Virus record (IMG/VR): IMGVR_UViG_3300009502_001749
Location: 23,837 to 87,836 of that record
Source: a virus
Reading direction: 5' to 3' (one strand)
Length of the DNA stretch: 64,000 bases
Positions 1-8,599 of this stretch are shown here, in pieces; position 1 is the stretch's first letter; the number at the start of each line of letters is the position of its first letter. Position numbers and translations under genes: made by a program. The notes below the pieces were generated by a model. The model searched no databases, was not told the origin of the DNA, and worked only from the letters and a program-made list of their open reading frames with translations.

Positions 1-1
1 A

Positions 2-235
2 GAAGTTATTTATGCACTTCTTGGTGATTTAATTAAAGGTGTGGGAAAACATAAAGATGTTCCATTATCAAAGTTTGATCCGGAACAAATTAAAATAGGA
101 ATAGATATTGAAAAAGAACATACAGATAATCCAGCAGTAAGACTTGAAATTGCAAAAGATCATTTAGCTGAATTTCCAGATTATTATACAAGATTACTTA
201 AATTGGAAAAAGAAGCTAAAGCCGCTAAAAAATAA
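2..235 (+). CDS. DUF5661-like small phage protein, 5' end outside the window
   Basis: Frame is open from base 2 (EVIYALLGDLIKGVGKHK...). Motif DPEQIKIGIDIEKEHT...EIAKDHLAEFPDYYTRL resembles DUF5661. Confidence 0.6.
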   Translation, partial: EVIYALLGDLIKGVGKHKDVPLSKFDPEQIKIGIDIEKEHTDNPAVRLEIAKDHLAEFPDYYTRLLKLEKEAKAAKK

Positions 236-249
236 ATAGGAGTTAAATT

Positions 250-543
250 ATGATTAGTGTTTCTTATTTATTTGAAGATGAAACTTTTCGAAAGAAGTTT
301 GATCAAGGTTCTTTAAGACAAGATATGATGATGGGTGCATTAATAGCTCCAACATCATTAGCTTTAAAAACTGCTATAGTTGATAAAGATATATTACATA
401 AATTAAATGTTGATCATCCTATGGCTGCTCCTACTGCTTTAGCTGCAGCTGCACTTGTAGGAGCTGGTAGTTCTGCAGCAGTTCATGGAGCAATTAAAGG
501 ATATTATAAGTTAAAGGATAAAGTAATTAATAAGAGGAAATAA
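250..543 (+). CDS. Leader-tagged small Gly/Ala-rich protein (putative internal head protein)
   Basis: RBS AGGAG; N-terminus MISVSYLFE; hydrophobic Ala/Gly segment; basic C-terminus. Confidence 0.6.
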   Translation: MISVSYLFEDETFRKKFDQGSLRQDMMMGALIAPTSLALKTAIVDKDILHKLNVDHPMAAPTALAAAALVGAGSSAAVHGAIKGYYKLKDKVINKRK

Positions 544-561
544 TTTTATGTAGGAGATATT

Positions 562-1308
562 ATGATATCTGTTATTTTGGAAATTTGGAATCCACCACCG
601 AAAGTGAATTTTACACAAAAAGTCATTAATAGATTTAGTGGTGAAAAACCACCCCCTCCGCCTCCTCCATCAGGATTTGATAGATACAAATCAGTAATTA
701 CTAATAAACAAGTTGAAAATAAAGATGCACGTTCAAATATTAATTGGAGAGATTTTGGTAAAATAAAAGAAAATATATCAAATTATAAACAATCTAAAGA
801 TGTTGAAAAAGGTTTAAATGAAAAATTAACTAGAGCAACAGCTGTTAAAAATACTAATGATGCTAGTAAACAATCTGCAAAATCTGCTGGTGAATTAGCA
901 GCAACAGAAGCTCAATCAGCAGCTTATAGTCAACAACATCCTATAAAAGCTGGATTAAAAAATTTACTTAGAATAGGATATTCTCCGGAAGAAAAAGCTC
1001 GAATATATGCAGATGCTGATCGAGAAAAATATGATTATAATAAAAATATATCTGATTCATTAAGAAATAAAAGTCAATCTTATAACAATGCAAATGAAGT
1101 TTTGCGTACTAATAAAACAACTTCACAAGAAGAACCAAAAGCTGTAACAACTGGACAACAAGCTATTCCTGTTGGTTCTGCTCCAAAAGCTTTACCGCCA
1201 GCCTCAAATAATAATATTCCAATTAGAAGACCAGTTGGTCCTTTAAATATGGATGAATTATTAAGAGATAAATTAAATAAAAAGAAAAGAGAACAAGTTA
1301 ATATATAA
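562..1308 (+). CDS. Leader-tagged low-complexity protein
   Basis: RBS AGGAG; N-terminus MISVILE; poly-Pro run; basic tail. Confidence 0.55.
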   Translation: MISVILEIWNPPPKVNFTQKVINRFSGEKPPPPPPPSGFDRYKSVITNKQVENKDARSNINWRDFGKIKENISNYKQSKDVEKGLNEKLTRATAVKNTNDASKQSAKSAGELAATEAQSAAYSQQHPIKAGLKNLLRIGYSPEEKARIYADADREKYDYNKNISDSLRNKSQSYNNANEVLRTNKTTSQEEPKAVTTGQQAIPVGSAPKALPPASNNNIPIRRPVGPLNMDELLRDKLNKKKREQVNI

Positions 1309-1326
1309 TTTTATATTGGAGAATAT

Positions 1327-1842
1327 ATGAAATCAATTAGAGAACAGTTATTTGAGAGTAAGAAAGAACATTCTGGTTATAAAATGGAAGATGTTGGTTC
1401 TGGTGCTGGTAAAGCAATTGGTGTAGCAGTAGGTAGTGTTCCAGGTATGGCTATTGGTCATTATATTGGAAAAGATTCACCACAACATCCTGATAATTCA
1501 ATTGATGAAAAGAAAAAATCACATCGAGTTGGAGCTATGTTTAATGAAAGATATAATGCAAAAAGAATGGCTAAGGGTGCTGGTATAGGCGCTGGTATAG
1601 GTGCTGGTATAAGTGCTGCCACAAGTGATTATAATCAAGATTTAAAAACAAATTTAATACACACTGCTGTTTCAGCTGGTATGGGTGCTATACCAGGTAT
1701 AATTGGTGGAAAAATGGTTGGAGGTTATAAAGCTGCTAAGAAACTTGGATATGGATCAGTAGGAAAAACATTTGCAACAACAATTCCTGGTTCTCTCACA
1801 GGACTTACAACACCAAAAAGACAAAAAGAAGAAAAGAAATAA
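1327..1842 (+). CDS. Leader-tagged glycine-zipper protein
   Basis: MKSIREQLFE leader; GxxxG zippers (GAGIGAGIGAG); Lys-rich end. Confidence 0.6.
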   Translation: MKSIREQLFESKKEHSGYKMEDVGSGAGKAIGVAVGSVPGMAIGHYIGKDSPQHPDNSIDEKKKSHRVGAMFNERYNAKRMAKGAGIGAGIGAGISAATSDYNQDLKTNLIHTAVSAGMGAIPGIIGGKMVGGYKAAKKLGYGSVGKTFATTIPGSLTGLTTPKRQKEEKK

Positions 1843-1856
1843 ATAGGAGGATTACA

Positions 1857-2096
1857 ATGATATCAGTTTGTAGATTATTTGAAATAAGTAAAGGTGGAGC
1901 TGCAGCATTAGGAGTAGCAGGTGGAACAGCAGCTGGAGTTGCCGGTGTAGCAGCAAAGAAAATGTATGATGAAGAAATGGCAAATCGAGTAAGAGAAGCA
2001 AATCCTATTAGAAAAGGTGCAAAATTTGTAGCGAAAATGTTTGATGATGGTGGACAATGGATTGGACGTAAAATTTGGGATGCTCATAATGGATAA
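1857..2096 (+). CDS. Leader-tagged glycine-zipper peptide
   Basis: MISVCRLFE leader followed by GGAAALGVAGGTAAGVAGVAA. Confidence 0.6.
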   Translation: MISVCRLFEISKGGAAALGVAGGTAAGVAGVAAKKMYDEEMANRVREANPIRKGAKFVAKMFDDGGQWIGRKIWDAHNG

Positions 2097-2110
2097 AAAT
2101 AAGGTGTAAA

Positions 2111-2989
2111 ATGGAAATTAAAGATCAAGAATTTCTTGGAGTTATATTACCTGATAAAGATAATAAACATCAAGGGCGTTATAAAGTTTATATACCAGTT
2201 CTTCAACCTTTTATGAAAGATAATGAAGGTATATGGGCTAAGAATCACGTTACTGATTATAGAAATACACCTTCAGCAGATGGTGTTTATGGAAGTTATT
2301 TTCCTTTACATGCAAAAACTCAAGTTATTGTTAAATTTTATACTGAGCAATACACAAGTGCTTATATTACTAGAATCACCTCAGATCACAATCCTGAATC
2401 TATGCCGTTCAAAATTATTGATAGAGACAGTTACTATCAACTTATTAGAACCCCAAAAAATAATCATTTAATTGCTTTATGTGAAGATACTGCAACTGGT
2501 GGAGCTGCCACAACTGCAAACTCAATTCACATATATTATAATAATAAAGCGATTACATTAATAATGGATAGTTCAGGAATGAGTATTAACGTAACAGCTG
2601 GAGATATAAATCTCAAAGGAGTTGCAAATACAAACATCCAAGTTGGTCAAGATTTAAATATAAAAGTAACTGGTGTTTGTAATATTCAATCTGATGCTGA
2701 TGTTCATATTAAAGCTGGAGGAGATGCTAATATTGAAGCTGGTGGAAATGCCAATGTTAAAGCTGGTGGAGATGCTAATATTCAATCTGGTGGAAGTGTT
2801 AGTATAAAAGCAGGAGGAGTTTGTAATATTGATGGTTCTATGGTTAATTTAAATGGTGGTGGTTCTTCAGCTGCTAAAGCGGCAAGATCTTCTGGTGCTG
2901 CTGGAACTGGAACACCAATCACAACAACAGATGAATTTAAATATTATGAAGGAAAAGATGGAACTGCAATTATAACAGCTAAAGGATAA
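2111..2989 (+). CDS. Baseplate central spike, gp5/gpV/VgrG-like (OB fold plus beta-helix repeats)
   Basis: N-terminal DKDNKHQGRYKVYIP OB-fold motif; 8-residue repeats (NIEAGGNA, NVKAGGDA); IDGSMVNLN near the end. Confidence 0.75.
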   Translation: MEIKDQEFLGVILPDKDNKHQGRYKVYIPVLQPFMKDNEGIWAKNHVTDYRNTPSADGVYGSYFPLHAKTQVIVKFYTEQYTSAYITRITSDHNPESMPFKIIDRDSYYQLIRTPKNNHLIALCEDTATGGAATTANSIHIYYNNKAITLIMDSSGMSINVTAGDINLKGVANTNIQVGQDLNIKVTGVCNIQSDADVHIKAGGDANIEAGGNANVKAGGDANIQSGGSVSIKAGGVCNIDGSMVNLNGGGSSAAKAARSSGAAGTGTPITTTDEFKYYEGKDGTAIITAKG

Positions 2990-2995
2990 TTAATT

Positions 2996-3328
2996 ATGAT
3001 ATCAATTATGAATTTATTTTATGAAAATAAAAGTGAAGAGAAAGAGATAAAAGATTTTTTAAAGAAAGAAGTTACTAAAAGTCATATAAAAAATGTTTTA
3101 TCAACAGGAGCTCTTGTTGGTACTGCTGTAACTGGTGGAACAGGATTATATAATATGTATAAAGGTGGAAGTTTTGTTGGAGATGAACCTGGAAGTTATG
3201 ATTCTTTAAAAAGTGGATTACGTTCTGGAGTTGGTTCTGCAGCTTTAACAGGATTATTTAATATTGGAAATGTTAGAAATCAACGAAAAGAGATTGATAG
3301 TTTAAAATTTAAAAAGAAAAAATCTTAG
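2996..3328 (+). CDS. Leader-tagged glycine-zipper protein
   Basis: MISIMNLFYE leader; two Gly-rich hydrophobic segments; KKKKS tail. Confidence 0.6.
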   Translation: MISIMNLFYENKSEEKEIKDFLKKEVTKSHIKNVLSTGALVGTAVTGGTGLYNMYKGGSFVGDEPGSYDSLKSGLRSGVGSAALTGLFNIGNVRNQRKEIDSLKFKKKKS

Positions 3329-3339
3329 GAGATTTAATT

Positions 3340-3537
3340 ATGATTTCAATTGTTATGGAAATTAGTCCAGAATTTATTCAGAATAGAAATTTAACAGGTG
3401 ATAATAAATTTTCTCAAGAACAAATTCGAAATGCATTAGTAGAAAAAGCAAAATCGCCTGTTGGTTCTGTTGCTAGAGCTGAAGCTGATAAAGTTATTAA
3501 AGACACAAGAGCAACATTTCCTTATCGTAAAAAATAA
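3340..3537 (+). CDS. Leader-tagged small protein
   Basis: RBS AGGAG; MISIVME leader. Confidence 0.55.
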   Translation: MISIVMEISPEFIQNRNLTGDNKFSQEQIRNALVEKAKSPVGSVARAEADKVIKDTRATFPYRKK

Positions 3538-3574
3538 GATTTTGCCGGTAAAAATAATACTTAGTGAGATTAAT

Positions 3575-3856
3575 ATGTTATCAATTATGGAAACCAAATT
3601 TGGTGTAGCAATATTGAATGAAGTTGGAAATAGCAGAGTAATGAGAGAAAGATTAGCAACTAGTTATGATCAAAATTATAAAAATAATCCACTTAAAGCA
3701 GAAAAAGCTGCATTTTTAAATTTGAGAATAAGAGCAAATAGAAATGAATTAACACCTTTTGAAAAAGGTAGTTCAGATAATGACCCGAATAAAGTTAAAG
3801 AATATATAAAATCTTATTTACCAACACTAAATGAAAAAATTAGAACAAATAAATAA
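3575..3856 (+). CDS. Leader-tagged small basic protein (start revised to ATG 3575)
   Basis: MLSIMETKFGVAILNE; the KFGVA block is shared with the 4555 ORF. Confidence 0.55.
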   Translation: MLSIMETKFGVAILNEVGNSRVMRERLATSYDQNYKNNPLKAEKAAFLNLRIRANRNELTPFEKGSSDNDPNKVKEYIKSYLPTLNEKIRTNK

Positions 3857-3875
3857 TACTTTAGAGGTTAAAATA

Positions 3876-4526
3876 ATGTATATCAATTATGATAATACAT
3901 ATAAGTTACTTACAGAAGATGAAATTGATGAAATGATTAATAACCTTGGGCGTTTGGACAGTACAGCTGACAGACCAGCAATACAAAATAAATTCACAAT
4001 CAATATGAGACCACAAGGTATAATTGTATACGATTCATACAACAATCCATTTTATCCTATTAGACCACGCCCAAGAATTGATACTTCAAAAATGGATTTA
4101 TTTGAAATTTATAAAAGAACTAGAGAATTATATGAAGATTTTGCTCCAACTCTTTTACCATGGCATTATGTAATTGAGTTTATTAATGATCGTTATTATG
4201 TGTTTAATACACGCCCGATCGATATGAAATTTCCCGTTTCAAATGTTGATGTAACTGATGATCGGCAAAAGTTCTGGGATAATACAACAAAACAATTTAT
4301 GAAAGATCAAATTTTTGATATTAGAGAAGCAATTCATATTTTAATTCTTGGAGATTCAAATATTGATGTTTATACTAAGAAGTTTTATGAGTTATTAGGT
4401 CGTATTTGTATTGTTCCATTTATAAGATTTTTTAAGTTACCTGAAGGAATAGGTGAACGTATATTTTATCTAAATATGGGTGAAAAATTTCACGGTCAAC
4501 AAATAATGAAATTTATAAGAAAATAA
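3876..4526 (+). CDS. Amidase_2/T7-lysozyme-fold protein, probably catalytically degenerate
   Basis: GIIVYDS, PWHYVI, NTRPID and AIHILILGD follow the amidase_2 motif order, but the first Zn-ligand His is absent. Start placed after GAGG. Confidence 0.4.
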   Translation: MYINYDNTYKLLTEDEIDEMINNLGRLDSTADRPAIQNKFTINMRPQGIIVYDSYNNPFYPIRPRPRIDTSKMDLFEIYKRTRELYEDFAPTLLPWHYVIEFINDRYYVFNTRPIDMKFPVSNVDVTDDRQKFWDNTTKQFMKDQIFDIREAIHILILGDSNIDVYTKKFYELLGRICIVPFIRFFKLPEGIGERIFYLNMGEKFHGQQIMKFIRK

Positions 4527-4554
4527 TAATCAAAAACAAAAGGAGAGTAATATT

Positions 4555-4758
4555 ATGAAGACGAATGAAGCAAAGTTTGGCGTAGCAGTAGTAGCATCAG
4601 TATTTGAAGTAGAAAATGCAATTCCTACAGATGGTGCATCTGATGTAACAACACCTGAAATTATAGCAAAAGCTATAAAGAGTGTTCTTGGAGTAGAAGG
4701 TTCTGATAGCGTTGCAGAAGCAAAAACAACTGGTGGAGATGCAACAGCAGATAGATAA
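4555..4758 (+). CDS. Leader-tagged small acidic protein
   Basis: RBS AGGAG; MKTNEAKFGVAVVASVFE. Confidence 0.55.
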   Translation: MKTNEAKFGVAVVASVFEVENAIPTDGASDVTTPEIIAKAIKSVLGVEGSDSVAEAKTTGGDATADR

Positions 4759-4773
4759 TTTCGGAGGTTTATT

Positions 4774-5315
4774 GTGATTAGTGTAAGTTATTTATTTGAG
4801 CTCGATACTTCAAATTTTACAAGAGAAGAAAAGAGACAATATCGTGAAGGTGCAAGAAAATTTCATCCTGATTTTAATGGTGGTAAAGATGAAGAAATGA
4901 AAAAACATAATAGTAGATGGGAACAGTTTGCTCACGCAAAAAAGTCTGGTTATAATAAATCATTTGATGATTATGCTGCTGAACAGAAAGCAAAAAACAA
5001 CAATCTTCTGGTTCTCAGCAACAATCTTCTGGAACGAATCAACCTGGTTCTCAGCAACAAAAGACAAATACTAGTTATGGTCACACTTATAATAAAGGAC
5101 AAGATTCTGGAACAAATCAATCTGGTTCTCAGAAAAACACAAATTCACAAAGTTCTAATTCTAAACAGAACACTGGAACAACAAATCAAAAACAAAGCAC
5201 AAATCAACAATCTTCTGCTGGAATAAATCAATCTAGTTCACAACAGAAAACAAGTTCAAAGCAATTTTATCCTGGATTTAAAAGTTCAATTTTTTCACAA
5301 ATAAGAAGAAAATAA
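4774..5315 (+). CDS. Leader-tagged partial J-domain (HPD) protein with a -1 frameshift into a Q/S/N-rich tail
   Basis: GTG start after GGAGG; MISVSYLFE; YREGARKFHPDFNGG. At A-AAA-AAC (4992-4998) the -1 frame reads QQSSGSQQQSSG... to TAA 5315, directly before the next RBS. Frame 0 ends at 5226. Confidence 0.65.
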
Positions 5316-5333
5316 TTTGGAGGTTTATTATAC

Positions 5334-5765
5334 ATGAAAACAATTAGAGAACAATTATTTGAAGGTAAGAAAGAAGATAATAAATTGAATAAAGCAGCAA
5401 AAATTGCTGGCACAACAGCTTTAACTGGCGCAGGTTTATATGGTGGAAAAGAATTAACAAGAGCTGTTATTGATGCATCAGAAGGTGGCGCACCTGCATC
5501 AGATACAATAGATGCTGTCGCATCACTTCATAATTCTACTATTGGAAAAATAGCAAGAGGAGTTAGCAAAGGTATTAGAAAAACTTTTACAAATGAACAT
5601 CCTTTATCAATTGAAGCAAAAGATAAAATGGGTGAATTAGCAGCTGGTACTTGGAAAGGAGCAAATCAAATTGGAGATATTGGAGGAGCTGTTGCAATTC
5701 CTGCGACAGTAACAGCATTAGGATTAGCAGCTTATAATAAATTAAAAAAAAATAAGAAGAAATAG
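5334..5765 (+). CDS. Leader-tagged Gly/Ala-rich protein
   Basis: MKTIREQLFE leader; two hydrophobic segments; KKNKKK tail. Confidence 0.6.
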   Translation: MKTIREQLFEGKKEDNKLNKAAKIAGTTALTGAGLYGGKELTRAVIDASEGGAPASDTIDAVASLHNSTIGKIARGVSKGIRKTFTNEHPLSIEAKDKMGELAAGTWKGANQIGDIGGAVAIPATVTALGLAAYNKLKKNKKK

Positions 5766-5781
5766 TTTTGGAGGTTTATTT

Positions 5782-5961
5782 ATGATTTCAATAATGGAAT
5801 CATTTTTTTGGACAGTAGAAGGTTTTGGAGAAAAAACTCCAAAAGAGGCATATACAATAACAGATGAATTTAAGCCTGATACAGAAATCAATAAAGATAA
5901 CTTATTAATACGAGATGAAGGAATAGGAACAGCAAAAAATAATTATGAGTCTCAAAGATAA
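5782..5961 (+). CDS. Small 59-aa protein with a MISIME leader (absent from the ORF track)
   Basis: RBS GGAGG; ATG 5782 to TAA 5961. Confidence 0.55.
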   Translation: MISIMESFFWTVEGFGEKTPKEAYTITDEFKPDTEINKDNLLIRDEGIGTAKNNYESQR

Positions 5962-6009
5962 AACAAATTGATATGAAGTTGAGAACTAATTTCTCTGCTT
6001 CTAAAAATA

Positions 6010-6021
6010 TATAGAAATTAT
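6010..6021 (+). promoter_or_regulatory. Candidate phage promoter element TATAGAAATTAT
   Basis: Recurrent 12-mer, about 40 nt upstream of the 6064 start. Confidence 0.45.
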
Positions 6022-6063
6022 ATTTTATGAAAGGCTTTTAAAAGAATAAAATGTGAGGAAAAA

Positions 6064-7341
6064 ATGTTTTTAGAGGCATATGGATTAAATCCTTCCAAAT
6101 CTGATACAAGTTTAGATATTTCTTATAAGCTTTTATTTTATCATATTAATGATGAATTAATAAAAGCAGCTAGTGATAATAATATTATTATTGCCACTAA
6201 ATTGATCGAGAAGTATTGGGTGGAACTGAAAAATAATTTTGAATCATCAATTCAAGATAGACACCCATTAGTTAAAGGTTTGTTTTATTTATATCAAACT
6301 GGTAATGCTTTGAATAGGTACAACACATTAGATTTAAAAATATCTAAAATTAAGTTTCGTTCAAAGGTTCTGTTTCCTTATTTAATTTATATTCTCCAAC
6401 AATATTTACCTAATGTTCGGCAATTTCTTCAATATATTGTTTGGTCATCTTATGAAGAAATGAAAAAGAAATCTGCCGGTGCAGTTAATTTTTATGTTAA
6501 TTCATTATATCTTGATCAAGATGTTATTAAACATGATGTGTTATTAGAGTTTTTAGGTAATGCTTTAATTAAATTTACACCATTAAGTGTTGGAAATGTT
6601 AACGCATTTTATAAAAAGATATTCAGAAACATTTTTAATTGGTATTTTAAAAATAAACAAGAAAATCAACCAATTTGGTCAAATTTTTGGAATATTGAAA
6701 ATGCATTAACATCAATTAACACTTCTGTGAGATTATCTATTTATCGAGATGTTTTATATGGTCTTGAAGTTGAGAAACTTTACAAACAATCACCAGTATT
6801 ATCTCAACTAGGTTATAATTATAAGATTTTTAGAAATTTAATTATTAATAATGAAATTCAAGATATTTATATGTCACTTGATAAGTATAATTCAGCTGGA
6901 ATTACAAATAATGAATACAAACTACTTAAGATTTATGATGATGATATTATGAATGAACAGATTATAGAAAAAATTCGTAAATTACCAACGATTTTTAAAC
7001 TATTGAAATGTGTTCATATTGTTAATCCAAAAGGTAAACCACACAATGAAATGGTTATAAAGCCTGAGTTATTGAAATTTGCCGTTAGAGATGAATTAAT
7101 ACATCCTTTTAGAAATTTCTTTAATGAAAATTATTTATTACCTATTTTAGAAAAAGTTGCTGAAAATTTTGTAAATTCATTATTGATGGGTGATTATATT
7201 AATTTAATAACGTTGGCACCCATTAAAATTAATCAGATTAGTTTTGTAGAACAAGTACGTAAATTTGTTCGTATTTGTTTGGATGAAATGTCCAACGTTG
7301 GAGGCGAAACGGAAGATGTCAGGATCAGAGCAGTTCGATAA
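6064..7341 (+). CDS. Hypothetical protein (425 aa)
   Basis: Long ORF with RBS GAGG; no motif recognised. Confidence 0.7.
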   Translation: MFLEAYGLNPSKSDTSLDISYKLLFYHINDELIKAASDNNIIIATKLIEKYWVELKNNFESSIQDRHPLVKGLFYLYQTGNALNRYNTLDLKISKIKFRSKVLFPYLIYILQQYLPNVRQFLQYIVWSSYEEMKKKSAGAVNFYVNSLYLDQDVIKHDVLLEFLGNALIKFTPLSVGNVNAFYKKIFRNIFNWYFKNKQENQPIWSNFWNIENALTSINTSVRLSIYRDVLYGLEVEKLYKQSPVLSQLGYNYKIFRNLIINNEIQDIYMSLDKYNSAGITNNEYKLLKIYDDDIMNEQIIEKIRKLPTIFKLLKCVHIVNPKGKPHNEMVIKPELLKFAVRDELIHPFRNFFNENYLLPILEKVAENFVNSLLMGDYINLITLAPIKINQISFVEQVRKFVRICLDEMSNVGGETEDVRIRAVR

Positions 7342-7798
7342 ACAAGAAATATCATCTAAAATTGAAGATCAAAAATCACAATTAGAAACACAAATTACAC
7401 AATTAGGTACTAGAATTTTAAATTTACAAAAATACATTATAACTCTTGAACATGCTAATAATGTTATTGAACAATTAGCTAATAACGAAAAAGATGGCGC
7501 AAAAATAAAATCATATTATGCTGCAGTAAAACAGAATATTGAATTATTAGCTAAAATTTTTGAAGTTATTAAAGAGTATGAAGGTGTTAAATTTAAATAT
7601 TATAAAGAAATAGATGATATTATAATTAGTAAGTATAAAATGATTTCTATTGATATTAAAAAATTAGAAGAAAAACTTAACGGTTCAGATGATGTATTTG
7701 GATTTTTTGAAAGATTAACAGATGCATTAAAAAATTCAGGTGCTAAACGAGAACAAGTTACAAGTGAATTACAAAATGATCCAGATTATAAGTTGTAG
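7316..7798 (+). CDS. Coiled-coil hypothetical protein (start revised to 7316)
   Basis: GGAGG upstream of ATG 7316; heptad-like pattern. Confidence 0.6.
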   Translation: MSGSEQFDKQEISSKIEDQKSQLETQITQLGTRILNLQKYIITLEHANNVIEQLANNEKDGAKIKSYYAAVKQNIELLAKIFEVIKEYEGVKFKYYKEIDDIIISKYKMISIDIKKLEEKLNGSDDVFGFFERLTDALKNSGAKREQVTSELQNDPDYKL

Positions 7799-7806
7799 GA
7801 GGAAAC

Positions 7807-8172
7807 ATGATTTCTATTATAAGACCGAATGCATTTTTAGGTGGAAGAGATTCTGATGATAGAACTAATAATTTTATTCCACTCGGTGGTAATATAATCA
7901 GAATAATCAAAATAAGATCAGTTCCAACAGAAACGGAAGAAGAGGTAAAAAATATGTCAGATTATGATGATGATAATATAGCAGATGACTATGATGATGA
8001 AAACATACAAGATCCAGATTTTTCTGAATTTCAAGATGAATTAGATCAAATTCCAGATGATGATGAAACACTTGATTCACTTCCAGATATTGATATTGAT
8101 GAATTAGATGTTGAAGATTTTGAAAATAGAGATGAAGAAGAAGATTTTGAGGGAATGGAAGATGACTTATAA
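7807..8172 (+). CDS. Highly acidic hypothetical protein
   Basis: RBS GGAGG; D/E-rich C-terminal two thirds. Confidence 0.6.
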   Translation: MISIIRPNAFLGGRDSDDRTNNFIPLGGNIIRIIKIRSVPTETEEEVKNMSDYDDDNIADDYDDENIQDPDFSEFQDELDQIPDDDETLDSLPDIDIDELDVEDFENRDEEEDFEGMEDDL

Positions 8173-8347
8173 AGATGATCAAAAAATAGATTTAGATGAA
8201 TTAATTACTGAATTTATGAATATGGTTAATGAAGATGGTACTGATTTAAGTACTGATCCTAATGTTAAAAGAGTAAAAGTAATTAAAGCAAGTGGTGGTT
8301 GTGCTTGTGGAAATTGTTTAGATGAAGAAGATGTTATGGAGGCGTAA
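8162..8347 (+). CDS. Small acidic protein with CACGNC motif
   Basis: Overlaps the previous stop; Cys cluster. Confidence 0.5.
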   Translation: MTYKDDQKIDLDELITEFMNMVNEDGTDLSTDPNVKRVKVIKASGGCACGNCLDEEDVMEA

Positions 8348-8352
8348 ATAAA

Positions 8353-8589
8353 ATGAAGTTAACAAAATTTGATAATCAGATAAGTGAAAGGATTATTAAA
8401 AGTGTTATTTTTGAAAATTGGATGGAAATAACAAAACAAAAAATTAAAGATTGTTTAGAAGATATAATTCATGGGTGGTATCAATTTAATTTTAATATTA
8501 GTCTAATATCAAATAGTATTATAATTAATTTTACTTATTGTCCTAGTGAATTTAAAATGAAAACACTTTGTATTAAAGTTGGAGGCTAA
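8353..8589 (+). CDS. Hypothetical protein
   Basis: RBS GGAGG; tightly packed with neighbours. Confidence 0.55.
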   Translation: MKLTKFDNQISERIIKSVIFENWMEITKQKIKDCLEDIIHGWYQFNFNISLISNSIIINFTYCPSEFKMKTLCIKVGG

Positions 8590-8599
8590 AAAATAAACA

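Noticed and set aside
250-5765. Bacteriocin/RiPP cluster
   Set aside because: No double-glycine leader, peptidase-ABC transporter or modifying enzymes; leaders end in Glu and the context is virion genes.
7807-8172. MISII start as a member of the leader family
   Set aside because: It lacks the hydrophobic-x-Glu end, so it was not counted.
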